A stretch of DNA of 64,000 bases from a virus (taxonomy: Duplodnaviria; Caudoviricetes), in the IMG/VR virus record IMGVR_UViG_3300027847_001698; one strand, given 5' to 3'. Positions 39,095 to 49,843 of the stretch are shown piece by piece. The notes under the pieces were generated by a model, which saw only the letters and a list, made by a program, of their open reading frames with translations, was not told the origin of the DNA and did no database searches. Position numbers and translations under genes: made by a program. Position 1 is the stretch's first letter. Each line of letters begins with the position of its first letter.

Positions 39095-39835
39095 ATGAAT
39101 GAACACGTATTATTATATACGCCAGGAATTGATACATTATTGGTGGAAGATTATCTTACTAGAAAAGGAATCACTCCAGAAAAAGTTTACTATGACATTA
39201 AAAGTAAATACTCTAATCAAGAACTAGAAATGTTAGATTCTAGAAACAACGTAATTATTGATTCTAGTTTCAATTTTGCTGACATTGAAGATGAATGGGC
39301 ATATATTCCTAATCGAAATTTACATTTTGCTTTACATGCGTCAGCAACATATGGTAATACTGTATGGGTAGGAGGAACCCAATCGGATAGAGTATCTGAT
39401 AATAACAAAGAGATATTCTCCGATTTAGGTGTAGTAATAAACAAATCTCTACCAGGTCAGAAAGATATTAGATCTCCGTTTTGGGATAGATGGAAGAGTG
39501 AAATTGTAGCGGAATGGATTGCATTAAAGGGGGATCCGGTGACATTGTTAACTGATACGTTTTCTTGTTATTTTCCCAAATCGACATCCACTGAACATCA
39601 TGGTCTTTATATTAATGCAAATGTAAATAATTCTCTGTCATTTGAAACTTATGAATGCTTACAATGCAGAGCATGTTTTAGAAAAAGCGTAATTCTATTT
39701 GTAGCAGGAATTAGTAGAAAACATAGTAATGACCAATTAATGACATGTAAAAATGAATTTATGAAAAATGAGTCCATTCATGGAACTCCAAGATATTTAG
39801 CTACTTTAAACTATATCAATTACAATACACAATGA
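39095..39835 (+). CDS. queC: QueC-like PP-loop protein (7-cyano-7-deazaguanine synthase-like)
   Basis: LLYTPGIDT (variant PP-loop), YIPNRNL, SPF...KSEIV, TFSCY, CLQCRACFRK. Confidence 0.72.
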   Translation: MNEHVLLYTPGIDTLLVEDYLTRKGITPEKVYYDIKSKYSNQELEMLDSRNNVIIDSSFNFADIEDEWAYIPNRNLHFALHASATYGNTVWVGGTQSDRVSDNNKEIFSDLGVVINKSLPGQKDIRSPFWDRWKSEIVAEWIALKGDPVTLLTDTFSCYFPKSTSTEHHGLYINANVNNSLSFETYECLQCRACFRKSVILFVAGISRKHSNDQLMTCKNEFMKNESIHGTPRYLATLNYINYNTQ

Positions 39836-40365
39836 AAAAAATATCACCTTATGCTATTCTTTCTAAATGGCTTCATGACGGATCTATGGAGTCCGAAATA
39901 CCTAAACAGTTAGTAGATGACAAGAGTATAGGGTGTCATTATGTATTATATTATTTTCAAGATAGTCCTTATATTCAATATATTTCAAATACCTTTAATA
40001 ATTATGAAATATTTAAATTAGATAGGCTTGAGATATTTAAGTTTATTAAACAGACGATAAGATTATGTCATCATAAACCAAGATTCATTTCTAGAGTAAA
40101 CGCACAAAAAACAAAGTTTGAACAGCTTATGTTTAGAAGACATCCTTATTTGAAAAGGATGGAAATTAGAAGATTGTGTGAAGTTATTGATAGCTCTGAA
40201 AATAAAGATCTTATCTATGAATCATTAGGTTTAACAGTTACTAAGAAGTCTAAGATGACAAAGAAAGAAAAGGAAGGATTTAAATCAAAACCAGTAGAAG
40301 CAGTTCCATCTGACGCTATTTCATTAGATGTGTTTCTTTTGGATTTTGGTATTGAGGAAATTTAA
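39832..40365 (+). CDS. Hypothetical; possible clamp-loader small subunit (gp62-like)
   Basis: Size and a helical basic pattern loosely like gp62; weak. Confidence 0.35.
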   Translation: MKKISPYAILSKWLHDGSMESEIPKQLVDDKSIGCHYVLYYFQDSPYIQYISNTFNNYEIFKLDRLEIFKFIKQTIRLCHHKPRFISRVNAQKTKFEQLMFRRHPYLKRMEIRRLCEVIDSSENKDLIYESLGLTVTKKSKMTKKEKEGFKSKPVEAVPSDAISLDVFLLDFGIEEI

Positions 40366-40367
40366 TT

Positions 40368-42470
40368 ATGGAAGATGAAAAGACATATTATAATCAAAAC
40401 CTAATATCTATTTTTGATAGTAGGATTTCAAACAACGAAGTAAAGGTTCAGGCACATTGTAGTGAAAATGAATACGGATTAGTTAATCCAATTATACAAT
40501 TTTCAGTTAATGATTATAAAAATAGATCATTGAATTCAATATACATGCCGTTCCATGTACTAATGGAATTTATAACTCAATGTAAGAAAGTTATAACTTC
40601 TGCAAAACAATTTCAAGATGAGATAGCAAAAGATTCAAATTTTAAAAAGGCATTTTTGGTATCTAACAAGAAAGAACTTAAAGTCACAGTATGTAATAAA
40701 ATAGAATTTAGTGGGATGTGTTTTAGAGTTGCAGTATCATTAAAAGAAGGTTCTAATAATGAAGCTGAATGTTCATTTATAACTCTATATGAACTAGTGT
40801 CTATCTTTAAAGTTATGAGTGATTTCTGTGATAACTATTCTGTGTATGTTAATTTATTCAGCCAACGATCAAGTAATGATAAAATGCTTAATGAATTAAC
40901 TGACGTAAAATCTCTTTTACGAAGACTAACTCAGAAATCACAAGAGCAACCTACTCCAGTGATAACTGAATCTAAAAATTTTGTATTGAATGATCTAATA
41001 TGTTCAGTATGTGGATCACCACAGAAGATATCACCAACTGGGCCTATTTGTGATAATAACCACAATGGAGCAATGGGGATAACTAAAGAGGAATGGGAAG
41101 ATGAAAATGAAAATGATGACATGGATGATTATCTTAATACTAATCTCGATACGATTGAATTAGATTCTGATATTCAAGAAACCATTGATCATGTTCCACG
41201 TGTCCCCGAGATCATTCAGCCATCACAAACATCATTTTTCACAGATGTTATATTAGACAAATCTACTGAAAATCTAGAGAACATGATAAACAGTTCTATA
41301 TCGTCCACTACTTTACTTCATTCAATAGTTAAAGTAATGAATACTAAAGCAGGAAAGGACGAAATGGATATAGAACATTTCTTTCCAGGTTGTTCAAATC
41401 AAGACTATTGGTTGATGAATTACTCTAGCACAAGATTAGTAAAGCATTTCATCAATTTACACCTTAACAACAATAAAACTCTACCAAAATCAACTTCACC
41501 GTTGAGATATAAACGAGCCGAAGGAACAGAGGTTCCTGAGTTGAATCTTTGTATCATGTATGAGCTTCTTATGTATTTCACAGTTTATTCAACTGTTAGA
41601 AATCAGTTACAAGAAGAGGATGCGAATTCTACTAACAATAAAGGTGTAATATGTTTTGCATTGAAATCAATTCTGGCCCCAATGATTTTTTCTATTTTTG
41701 ATTTGATTCCAAATCAAGAAATACTAATTTCTAGAGTATCTGAGCGATTCTTTAAGTGTAAAGACGAAGGAGTATTCGATCACCTATTCGATCACATAAA
41801 ATCAATATACGGAAAGGAAGTTACTATATCATCTGAAACCATATCAACAACAATGTCCACATTATCAACTGCAATAAAGAAGCATCCTGATATGTTCTGG
41901 ATTCCTAATTATTTTGAACAGAGAGTCAAAGATGGTTCAGTATTAATCAGACATGATATATTTGACGATGTTGAATTAACCGAAGATAAAGTGAATAAGA
42001 TTTTATTATTGGAATCTAATTTCAAAAGAGGAGGTTTTATAGATGTAGATAATTTAAAGGAAAAACATAAAATTAATAATTTTAATGATATTCCTGAAAA
42101 AATTCTTAAATTAGTTGGTGTGGAATCCTCAACTTTTAATACAGCTAATTTAACTAGATACGTTAATGAGGAGATGGAAGAAGATACATATTTATCCGAA
42201 GCACTGAAGATTTGTGAACATATTAATGAGAGCTACCAAGATCTTAAAGATGGAAAATTTGACTTTTCTAATCTTCCAAGAAACGTATTGGTCTCATTTT
42301 GTATATGGGATATGAAAGCTGATAAAAAATTATCACTTAATTATGCTTACCTAAAGAAGAAAATAGAAGAATCTTCATTAGATAAGGACTCTGCACAAGC
42401 TATACTATCAAATATTGTAAGAAAATCTAAGGAATATATTGATTTAGTTGGAAGCCTCAACCTAGAGTAA
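40368..42470 (+). CDS. Hypothetical protein (700 aa) with internal Zn-ribbon-like motif
   Basis: ORF track; CSVCG...ICDNNH. Confidence 0.7.
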   Translation: MEDEKTYYNQNLISIFDSRISNNEVKVQAHCSENEYGLVNPIIQFSVNDYKNRSLNSIYMPFHVLMEFITQCKKVITSAKQFQDEIAKDSNFKKAFLVSNKKELKVTVCNKIEFSGMCFRVAVSLKEGSNNEAECSFITLYELVSIFKVMSDFCDNYSVYVNLFSQRSSNDKMLNELTDVKSLLRRLTQKSQEQPTPVITESKNFVLNDLICSVCGSPQKISPTGPICDNNHNGAMGITKEEWEDENENDDMDDYLNTNLDTIELDSDIQETIDHVPRVPEIIQPSQTSFFTDVILDKSTENLENMINSSISSTTLLHSIVKVMNTKAGKDEMDIEHFFPGCSNQDYWLMNYSSTRLVKHFINLHLNNNKTLPKSTSPLRYKRAEGTEVPELNLCIMYELLMYFTVYSTVRNQLQEEDANSTNNKGVICFALKSILAPMIFSIFDLIPNQEILISRVSERFFKCKDEGVFDHLFDHIKSIYGKEVTISSETISTTMSTLSTAIKKHPDMFWIPNYFEQRVKDGSVLIRHDIFDDVELTEDKVNKILLLESNFKRGGFIDVDNLKEKHKINNFNDIPEKILKLVGVESSTFNTANLTRYVNEEMEEDTYLSEALKICEHINESYQDLKDGKFDFSNLPRNVLVSFCIWDMKADKKLSLNYAYLKKKIEESSLDKDSAQAILSNIVRKSKEYIDLVGSLNLE

Positions 42471-42487
42471 TCAGAAGGAAATATATA

Positions 42488-43120
42488 ATGTTAACACTTG
42501 GAAGTAAAGTAAATAGATCATACGGAATGCGACTTCCATTTCAAGGAGATTATGTTGATATAAATGTATTTTTCAATAAAACAAATACATTTATTGGGTT
42601 TAACCCTGACAAGAAATTAAACGACATGTCGAGAAATGGAAAAGTTAAAATTCAATTTTTTAGAGATTTGAGTCAATCAGATTTCGCTACAACATTTTTA
42701 GATCTACAAGATTTTAAAGGACCAAATCTTGATATAAGATGTCAGTTTTCAAATATTATATCTAATCATAAAGATAAGATTCAATATTTATCAAACGAAT
42801 CAATTAAATTAGCTAAAGTAACAACCAACAGTGGAACGTTTAAGAGCTGCTTATACGTGTATAGTTTTTCATTTTCAGATTATGAAGGTGACTTTATTTA
42901 TGTATTAGCAGAACGTCAGCACATTGACGTAGCAATGGGGAAGAAATTAGTAAGGACAGGAGCGATCCAAATTGGAACCATAGAATGTTTAGACAACATG
43001 ACAAATATGGTTCAATATTATAATGGTGGCGAATCCAAAGATTTTGAAACTAAAGGTGAAGAAATAGATTCTATTTCGGATTTACTTGAAGGTGAACCAA
43101 TAGAGGCTAGAAAAATATAA
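42488..43120 (+). CDS. Hypothetical protein
   Basis: ORF track; GAAGG RBS. Confidence 0.7.
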   Translation: MLTLGSKVNRSYGMRLPFQGDYVDINVFFNKTNTFIGFNPDKKLNDMSRNGKVKIQFFRDLSQSDFATTFLDLQDFKGPNLDIRCQFSNIISNHKDKIQYLSNESIKLAKVTTNSGTFKSCLYVYSFSFSDYEGDFIYVLAERQHIDVAMGKKLVRTGAIQIGTIECLDNMTNMVQYYNGGESKDFETKGEEIDSISDLLEGEPIEARKI

Positions 43121-43122
43121 AC

Positions 43123-44307
43123 ATGGCAATAACAAAACCCGAAACACACCAGCACTTTTACATAAATAATTGCTTTGGTTCCTTTTTTAGAGGAGTCTTG
43201 AATTATTTTGGAGAAGTATTTTATGATAGATTTGAATACAAAGTATTAGGAAGCTATGATAAAAGTGTAGAATTCTTTAATAAAAAGAAACAACTTGGTA
43301 GTGAGGTCGATACGAATCTGTTGCCTAGTATAACATTAGATCCAACATATGATTTTCAACCAGCAGAAGTCGGTGGCTTATTCTTTTGGCAATCCCAAAA
43401 CTTTGCACCCGGTCAAGCTAGAATGTTATTTGATTCATATGAAGGCTTTGAAGATCAGAGTTTAGAAATAACTCCCATATTCAGTAAGTACCAAGGAAAT
43501 TTTGAACTTATATTTTGGGTTAATTCGGTATATGAGTTATTAGATATTAGAACATATCTATTTCAATGGTCTGGCGGATATAGAAGAAAATTGAGACCAG
43601 AATTGTTTGAATCATTTATAGTTCTTCCTGAAGGATTAACTGATTTCAAATATAAAGATATTGATGATAATGATGTAGCAATTGACTTTGATAAATCTGA
43701 TTTACTTATCAAAAAAATAACTAATGTAAATCAAGATAGAAGTACAATGCCTGTGTTATTGAGTCCTATGTTTTGGTTTGATAATATTGCTGATGCATCT
43801 AATAAATATGGCGGGGATGGCATAGCAGAATATAAATTATCTGTATCCGTTTCATTTGAAATAGATATTCCTACATACGTGGTTGTAACGCCATATATGG
43901 GGCTAGAAAAATTAAATCTATCCTTTTCAATGGATGCGGTATATAGTAGATATGGTCCATCGCCACAATATGACGAGACAAGTGGGAAATATATTAAGGA
44001 TTCGGAAGGAAATATACCAAAAATGTATTCTAGTCATGAAATAGCAGATGAACCACCTAAAAACAATCAGTTTTCACAACGTGCATATTATTCGTTTACT
44101 GCATCAGATGAAGTAATTACCGCTTTGCCATTTGAAATAGATAATCCATTTGATGTATCTAATGATGAAACTAAAATTATAGTGGTGTCATATTCTGGCC
44201 AATTGGTATATGGTCAAGACTGGACCTTCAATGATGACAAGTCAAAAATTTTAGTACAAGTATCACCTGTCGATGGAGAGTTAGTAGAGTTTTATTTATA
44301 CTCATAA
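43123..44307 (+). CDS. Possible tail-completion/terminator protein (gp15-like)
   Basis: HFY...FFRGVLNYF and LLPSITL loosely match the gp15 layout; tentative. Confidence 0.4.
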   Translation: MAITKPETHQHFYINNCFGSFFRGVLNYFGEVFYDRFEYKVLGSYDKSVEFFNKKKQLGSEVDTNLLPSITLDPTYDFQPAEVGGLFFWQSQNFAPGQARMLFDSYEGFEDQSLEITPIFSKYQGNFELIFWVNSVYELLDIRTYLFQWSGGYRRKLRPELFESFIVLPEGLTDFKYKDIDDNDVAIDFDKSDLLIKKITNVNQDRSTMPVLLSPMFWFDNIADASNKYGGDGIAEYKLSVSVSFEIDIPTYVVVTPYMGLEKLNLSFSMDAVYSRYGPSPQYDETSGKYIKDSEGNIPKMYSSHEIADEPPKNNQFSQRAYYSFTASDEVITALPFEIDNPFDVSNDETKIIVVSYSGQLVYGQDWTFNDDKSKILVQVSPVDGELVEFYLYS

Positions 44308-44371
44308 TAAGATTGTTTTTTCAATAATTGGAATAACAATAAAGGAAATTATATTTTAACGAGGAACTTTT

Positions 44372-45796
44372 ATGGCGGCATCGTCTTACGTTATAGCTGG
44401 AGTTGATACATTCGTGCAACTATTCAGTAAATTCTTAGACGCATCTAATGATGAGTTTTTGAGTAATCCCCTATTCGCATCATTTCTAGCTGATACGGTT
44501 AACAAGTATCTGTTTAGTTATGGTACAGGGATAAATTATAAAACCAAAAAACTATCTAAGAAACACGATCAACGCTTTCTCAAAGTTGTAAATAAAGTCA
44601 GATCATCTGAATTTATGAAGGACACAAAATTATTTTGGGACTCAGGTGGATTCCAAGTAGCTCAAGGTGGAGTTAGAACAGAAGATATGCCTACATTCAT
44701 GGACAATTATTGTAACATGATCTGTGAGCACAATGATAAATTTGAACAAGCATTCATTTTAGATCTTCCACCGGGACCAGGATCAACAGAAATATTTGAT
44801 AGCTACAAACAAATTGAAGATATCAATCGAATATCCTATAATAAATTTAGAACGGATATACCTGATGATATTAGGAAGAAGATTATTTACATTCATCATT
44901 TCAGAACACCTTCTCTATATAAAACATGGAATAAGTTTCTATTTGACGAGAACTTAGGGGAAGGCTATGAGTATTTTGGCACAGGGGGAATTGTAGCCAA
45001 TTTAGCATCGGATGTGTTGATTCCTATAATCATATACACCATACCACTAAGTACGGTCTTGAGCTATGTTAAACAGAGAGGAATTAAAAAATTCAAGTTT
45101 CATGTATTGGGTGGGGCAAACTATGTTGATATCTTTTACCATCAATTATTCACTTATCATATAAAGCAGATTCATGACATAGAAGTAGAGATCACATATG
45201 ACTCTTCTGCTATTTTCAAAGCTCTTGCTATAGGTAGATATATCAATGTGGTCAATGCAGATAAAAAACTTGTTAAGATGGATATACGGTCTGCAAACTT
45301 GCCTATGAGATTGACATTTGGAGACGGAACAGTTGAAGATACAGTATTTAAGTTGGTGAATAAGATAGCAGTTAAATATGGATTCAAGCCTCTGGATAAA
45401 ATAAATAATCCTATTTATAATTTAGAGACTGGTACTTTAGGTAAAGAGAATCATATGTATTTGATGTGTTATGTATTAAATATATTTAAGACCATAGAAG
45501 AAGTATCTAAACAATTTGTAGAACGCATATATCCGATATATGCAGCATCAAATAAAACAGAATTAGTTCCCGATTCATCTATAACTGAATTTGATACAAT
45601 ATGTCAAGAATTCACTCAAAAGATCAATCAAGGAAAGAGAACCAAGAAGCAATTCAACAAGACATCATCAATTTTTAAATCATTACAGATACTAGAAAAA
45701 TTAGATTTAGATATTAATGAACACTATGTTAAAAAGTATTTAAGTGGTGATGACGTATCCACATGGGGTGGTGGCGGCTCTATACTTTGGGAATGA
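44372..45796 (+). CDS. dpdA: tRNA-guanine-transglycosylase-fold protein, DpdA-like DNA transglycosylase
   Basis: FWDSGGFQ, ILDLP, FHVLG, YDSS: the four TGT-fold catalytic segments; co-occurs with queE/queC. Confidence 0.75.
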   Translation: MAASSYVIAGVDTFVQLFSKFLDASNDEFLSNPLFASFLADTVNKYLFSYGTGINYKTKKLSKKHDQRFLKVVNKVRSSEFMKDTKLFWDSGGFQVAQGGVRTEDMPTFMDNYCNMICEHNDKFEQAFILDLPPGPGSTEIFDSYKQIEDINRISYNKFRTDIPDDIRKKIIYIHHFRTPSLYKTWNKFLFDENLGEGYEYFGTGGIVANLASDVLIPIIIYTIPLSTVLSYVKQRGIKKFKFHVLGGANYVDIFYHQLFTYHIKQIHDIEVEITYDSSAIFKALAIGRYINVVNADKKLVKMDIRSANLPMRLTFGDGTVEDTVFKLVNKIAVKYGFKPLDKINNPIYNLETGTLGKENHMYLMCYVLNIFKTIEEVSKQFVERIYPIYAASNKTELVPDSSITEFDTICQEFTQKINQGKRTKKQFNKTSSIFKSLQILEKLDLDINEHYVKKYLSGDDVSTWGGGGSILWE

Positions 45797-45863
45797 TAAA
45801 TGCTTCTTTTGCAATCCCTTATGTATGTTTTAGAATAAATTATTAAAAAGGAGTTTATACACA

Positions 45864-46169
45864 TTGCCTGCACAATCAAGATTAGGAGATATGGGAGTTG
45901 GGATTTGTTGCTGTCATTCAGACCCCACATGTATAGGTATGGTCGGTATTCTTATAACCGGATCACCAAATCATAACACCAATTCTCTTGCAACCGCAAG
46001 AAAATATGATATTATGTTAGGATTTTGTGGTCATATAGGACAGATGATAACAAGTTCAAATACAGCAGAAGTTAACAACAAAGGAATGGTAAGAATAGGG
46101 GATCAATTTACTGGATGCTTTAGGGGTGTTGTAGTAAGTGGATCACCAAATACAACAACAGGAAATTAA
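45864..46169 (+). CDS. PAAR-repeat spike tip protein (gp5.4-like)
   Basis: SRLGD, GSPN..TNSLATARKYD, CGH, VRIGD, GSPN. Confidence 0.85.
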   Translation: MPAQSRLGDMGVGICCCHSDPTCIGMVGILITGSPNHNTNSLATARKYDIMLGFCGHIGQMITSSNTAEVNNKGMVRIGDQFTGCFRGVVVSGSPNTTTGN

Positions 46170-46172
46170 TTT

Positions 46173-46763
46173 ATGGTAACATTAGAATCGTTTTTAGCAA
46201 CATCAATTACAGATCAAGTATCAGTTGCAGAAAATCTCGTCAATATAAACGCTGAGATAACTGATTTAACTGGAACAAGAACAGAAGTATTAAATAGAAT
46301 AATGACCCCATCGGAAGCAGTCGTTGATACATTTATAACTGCTAAGTTTACTGAGTTACAGACGGTAGGGGGTTATGATGAATTTAGAATTACTAAAGGT
46401 TCTGAATACAATGTAATTCCTGCAATACCGGTAAGTTTATCAACACCTGGAGCATACCCAACAAGTAATCTTAGTGATTGGATGGTTGAAGCAAAACATA
46501 CAGTAGACGACGAATGGACAAATCTTTATGATTACACTAACGCGGTTACAGATGTTATAACATCTGTTATAAATGCAAATGAAGAGTTCGTATATGCATA
46601 TGATTTATTAGCACAGAAGCCGATAAATTTAGATGGCACATATGGTATAAATGAAAGAATAGCAAATTTTAATAGAGTTCTAACGATTTTCCAAGCGGAT
46701 GAAGATAAGTTAGAAGATACTGAAGTTATTGTACAAAGAGTATTAGACACCGAGGGAAGTTAA
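46173..46763 (+). CDS. Hypothetical protein
   Basis: ORF track; TAATG coupling to helicase. Confidence 0.7.
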   Translation: MVTLESFLATSITDQVSVAENLVNINAEITDLTGTRTEVLNRIMTPSEAVVDTFITAKFTELQTVGGYDEFRITKGSEYNVIPAIPVSLSTPGAYPTSNLSDWMVEAKHTVDDEWTNLYDYTNAVTDVITSVINANEEFVYAYDLLAQKPINLDGTYGINERIANFNRVLTIFQADEDKLEDTEVIVQRVLDTEGS

Positions 46764-48229
46764 TGTTAACTGATCAAATTTTAAATATCATATGTATCGC
46801 ATGTACATGTGAGAGTAAAAACTTTAACACTGAAATTGGTAGAAACTGCAGTGGGATATTAAAGTTTTATGATAATGATAGGGACGAAGAAATACCTCAA
46901 ATTTCTTCTCTGAAATATCAATTTGCAAAAACTGCTGCGAAATTGAAACAGGATGGGTTAACAGTTGATACTATATTAGATAGTATTAAAAGCACAAGAA
47001 AATTTGATTCATTATCTAGTTATATTTCTATACTTGAACAAAGAGATACAACTAATTTAGAAGCACAAAAGATTTGTGAAGCAATCAAGAAAAAGAAAAT
47101 GTTTTTATCTTCTATGCATAATTTTGGGGATTTAAGAAATTTTGTGGAAACATATGAAACTGATGGGTTTAATAGTACACATGACGCAATGGATAATTAC
47201 GGCAAAGTCATAACTGATATGTATTCTACATATAGTACAGAGAAGAGGAATGAAAATGTATCATCCCTTAGATCATTAGATTTTAGATCAGATGGATATG
47301 AAAATGTATTTGGCCAGATTAAAGAAAATTACTCACAGAAAAATTCAGTCCCATCTGGCTTTGGTCAAATGGACAGATGTATGAACAATGGGTTTGAACC
47401 AGGAAGATTATATATCTTTGGGGGTATTCCTAATGATGGAAAGTCAACACTATTGATGAACTTTTGTAAAAACGCAATGTCAACCAGACGAAGAACTTCA
47501 GATGAAATTGATATCTATGTGTATATTACGTTAGAAAACTTTATAGATGAAAGTTTCCTTAGATTGTATAGTTCACTTAGAGGAACTCCCATCAAAAAGA
47601 TATTAGCGAATTATGATGATGAAAAATCAAATTGTGTATCTATATTCAAAGATATACAAGAAACAAACAATACCTGCTTGGATATGGCATATTTTCCACC
47701 AGCTAGTATTGCTGTTCCTGATATAACAATGTATCTAAAAGAAGTAGAAGAACGATATGAAGGAAAAGCAAAGATTCGTTGTCTGTATATTGATTATCTT
47801 GATTTATTGAGATCAGGAAAAACATTTGATATGCACCGTTTGGAATTAGGACAAGTTACTATTGATTTAAAAGTATTAGCATCAGCTATGCAAATACCAG
47901 TTGTTACATTGACTCAGTTGAATAGAGCTGCTTATAACAAGAAAGAAGGTCTTGGACTTGATATGGTAGGAGAATCAATTAAGAAGGTTGAACACGCTGA
48001 CTTTTTTGGACTTATTCGACATGAAGAAGATCCTAAAGATGTATATCAACAAAATGCAACTGGGAATGGAACAATGAATATTCATATTGGTAAAAACAGA
48101 AGTGGTCCTAAAAATAAAACAATTTCATTGAGAACTGATTTTTCTACTTATTCGATCATAGATATGGACCGAAAAGATACTATGGAATTTGAAGATGTTG
48201 ATGTAGATGCAAGCGATAACATTTTGTAA
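46763..48229 (+). CDS. Replicative DNA helicase (DnaB/T4 gp41-like)
   Basis: Walker A GIPNDGKST, ITLEN, IDYLDL, TLTQLNR, GESIKKVEHAD, KNRSGP. Confidence 0.92.
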   Translation: MLTDQILNIICIACTCESKNFNTEIGRNCSGILKFYDNDRDEEIPQISSLKYQFAKTAAKLKQDGLTVDTILDSIKSTRKFDSLSSYISILEQRDTTNLEAQKICEAIKKKKMFLSSMHNFGDLRNFVETYETDGFNSTHDAMDNYGKVITDMYSTYSTEKRNENVSSLRSLDFRSDGYENVFGQIKENYSQKNSVPSGFGQMDRCMNNGFEPGRLYIFGGIPNDGKSTLLMNFCKNAMSTRRRTSDEIDIYVYITLENFIDESFLRLYSSLRGTPIKKILANYDDEKSNCVSIFKDIQETNNTCLDMAYFPPASIAVPDITMYLKEVEERYEGKAKIRCLYIDYLDLLRSGKTFDMHRLELGQVTIDLKVLASAMQIPVVTLTQLNRAAYNKKEGLGLDMVGESIKKVEHADFFGLIRHEEDPKDVYQQNATGNGTMNIHIGKNRSGPKNKTISLRTDFSTYSIIDMDRKDTMEFEDVDVDASDNIL

Positions 48230-48296
48230 AATCTTGTGAATAAAGGGTAAAATATAAACCCCCTATATAATATTATTAGGAGTAATAAAGACAACT

Positions 48297-49790
48297 ATGA
48301 GTAAAAATAAAAACGCAAAAATAAAGAATCCTTACCTGCAAATGGTGAAGGAAAGTTTGGTACAGATAGATAAGACCACGGTTCACAAAGGCCCAGTCGA
48401 AAATCTTATATCATTTACAGGAAAAGGCGAACTTGAAACAAGCAAGCCGGTAAAGGATGTTGTTAGTATTTTAGAAAGAATGTATGCTTTAGAAGAAATG
48501 GATGAGCCAACCGTCGCTGCAGGGCAAGGTCCTGGTGATGCGGATCCAGAGAACTCGGAAGCTGAAGAACAAGACCTAGCTGATATTGCTAATGTAGGAA
48601 TAGGTAATAAGCCAAATGGTTCGCAACCAGAAGGATTCAATGCAAATGCAGTGGATTCTGATGATTCCACTTCTGATAGTAGAGAAGCATCAGAAAAGTT
48701 CAAAGAAGAAGCAATTGAACTATTCGAAATGGATGCTCTTCCGGATGTAGAAACTGGGGACAATATAGCCCAAGGAAATGCACCTGGGGATACTTTAGGA
48801 GATGAACAAGACGAACTTGATTATGATGAGGATGAGGATGATGATACTTCAATGAAAAATGAAGGAGCAGATCCTGTTCTTCCTACCGCAGATGATAGTG
48901 ATGATGACGATGACGATGATGATAAAGATGATGATAAAGATGATGATGATGATGATGATGATGTTGATCTTGAATCTCTAGAAGAAGAAGGATTCGACTT
49001 TGAACCAACTCTTGAAGAAATGGAACTTTTTGAGACGGATGATGATAAAGATGATGACGATGATGATGACGACGATGACGATGATGATGACGATGATAAT
49101 GATGATGATGATGATGATGATAAAGATGATAATGATGATGATGATATTCTTGAATCTCTCGAAGGAGAAGATAAAGATGACGATGATGACGATGAAGATA
49201 AAGAAGAAGATAAAGAAGATGACGGTGATGATCAGGTAGATCTAAAGGTACCTGCCATTGACACTGACACTGATGATGATGATGATGATGTGAATGAAAT
49301 GGATTATGAGATGGATTATGAGATGGGTGATGCAGATGATGATGATGAAGCAAACCTAGATTCAGAACCATCTAAATTAGAAGATGAAACTGGAATGGAA
49401 GAAGAACCTGTAGGTACTACAGAATTAGACCTTCCAACTGGTGAAGATGAAGATGATGATGATGAAATTCCAGGCGATGACGATGATGACGATGATGAAC
49501 CAACTCTCGGAGAAGATATCTATGAAGATGTTTTAGGTGAGATGGATGAAGATAACGCTGCTGATATTGAAGGTCCTGATGGTAAGGAATTACCAGATGA
49601 AGAAATTAATGAAGACGAAGCAGGGCCAGCGTCTCTAGAAAACGTTATCATTGCAAGAAAAGAAATTGAAGAAAGTATTGTTGATCGTTTAATTAGAGAA
49701 ATGGAAAGTTTCTCTGATGATGCAGAAAGATTATCTGAATCTACTGATGATCTTGATGATCTCGAATTCGGTGACATGTTCAACGACTAA
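48297..49790 (+). CDS. Extremely acidic low-complexity protein; probable prohead core/scaffold precursor
   Basis: Long poly-Asp tracts punctuated by LES/LEE/LFE sites; upstream of the portal cluster. Confidence 0.6.
   Translation: MSKNKNAKIKNPYLQMVKESLVQIDKTTVHKGPVENLISFTGKGELETSKPVKDVVSILERMYALEEMDEPTVAAGQGPGDADPENSEAEEQDLADIANVGIGNKPNGSQPEGFNANAVDSDDSTSDSREASEKFKEEAIELFEMDALPDVETGDNIAQGNAPGDTLGDEQDELDYDEDEDDDTSMKNEGADPVLPTADDSDDDDDDDDKDDDKDDDDDDDDVDLESLEEEGFDFEPTLEEMELFETDDDKDDDDDDDDDDDDDDDDNDDDDDDDKDDNDDDDILESLEGEDKDDDDDDEDKEEDKEDDGDDQVDLKVPAIDTDTDDDDDDVNEMDYEMDYEMGDADDDDEANLDSEPSKLEDETGMEEEPVGTTELDLPTGEDEDDDDEIPGDDDDDDDEPTLGEDIYEDVLGEMDEDNAADIEGPDGKELPDEEINEDEAGPASLENVIIARKEIEESIVDRLIREMESFSDDAERLSESTDDLDDLEFGDMFND
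48899..49500 (+). repeat. Imperfect (GAT/GAC)n trinucleotide tracts encoding poly-Asp
   Basis: Runs such as GATGATGACGATGATGAT at 48899-48964 and 49038-49146. Confidence 0.9.
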
Positions 49791-49804
49791 GGGATATTAA
49801 ATAA

Positions 49805-49843
49805 AAAAATAAGAAAGAGTTTAATAGATTCTTTCTTATTTTT
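49805..49843. terminator. AT-rich 14-bp hairpin, probable terminator
   Basis: AAAAATAAGAAAGA / TCTTTCTTATTTTT. Confidence 0.6.

Noticed and set aside
48883-49371. Poly-His ORF on the minus strand (and the poly-Met ORF 49000..49239 on +)
   Set aside because: Shadow frames of the (GAT)n poly-Asp tract in 48297..49790
48899-49500. Repeat array possibly CRISPR-like
   Set aside because: Trinucleotide low-complexity coding repeats with no repeat-spacer structure; no cas genes seen
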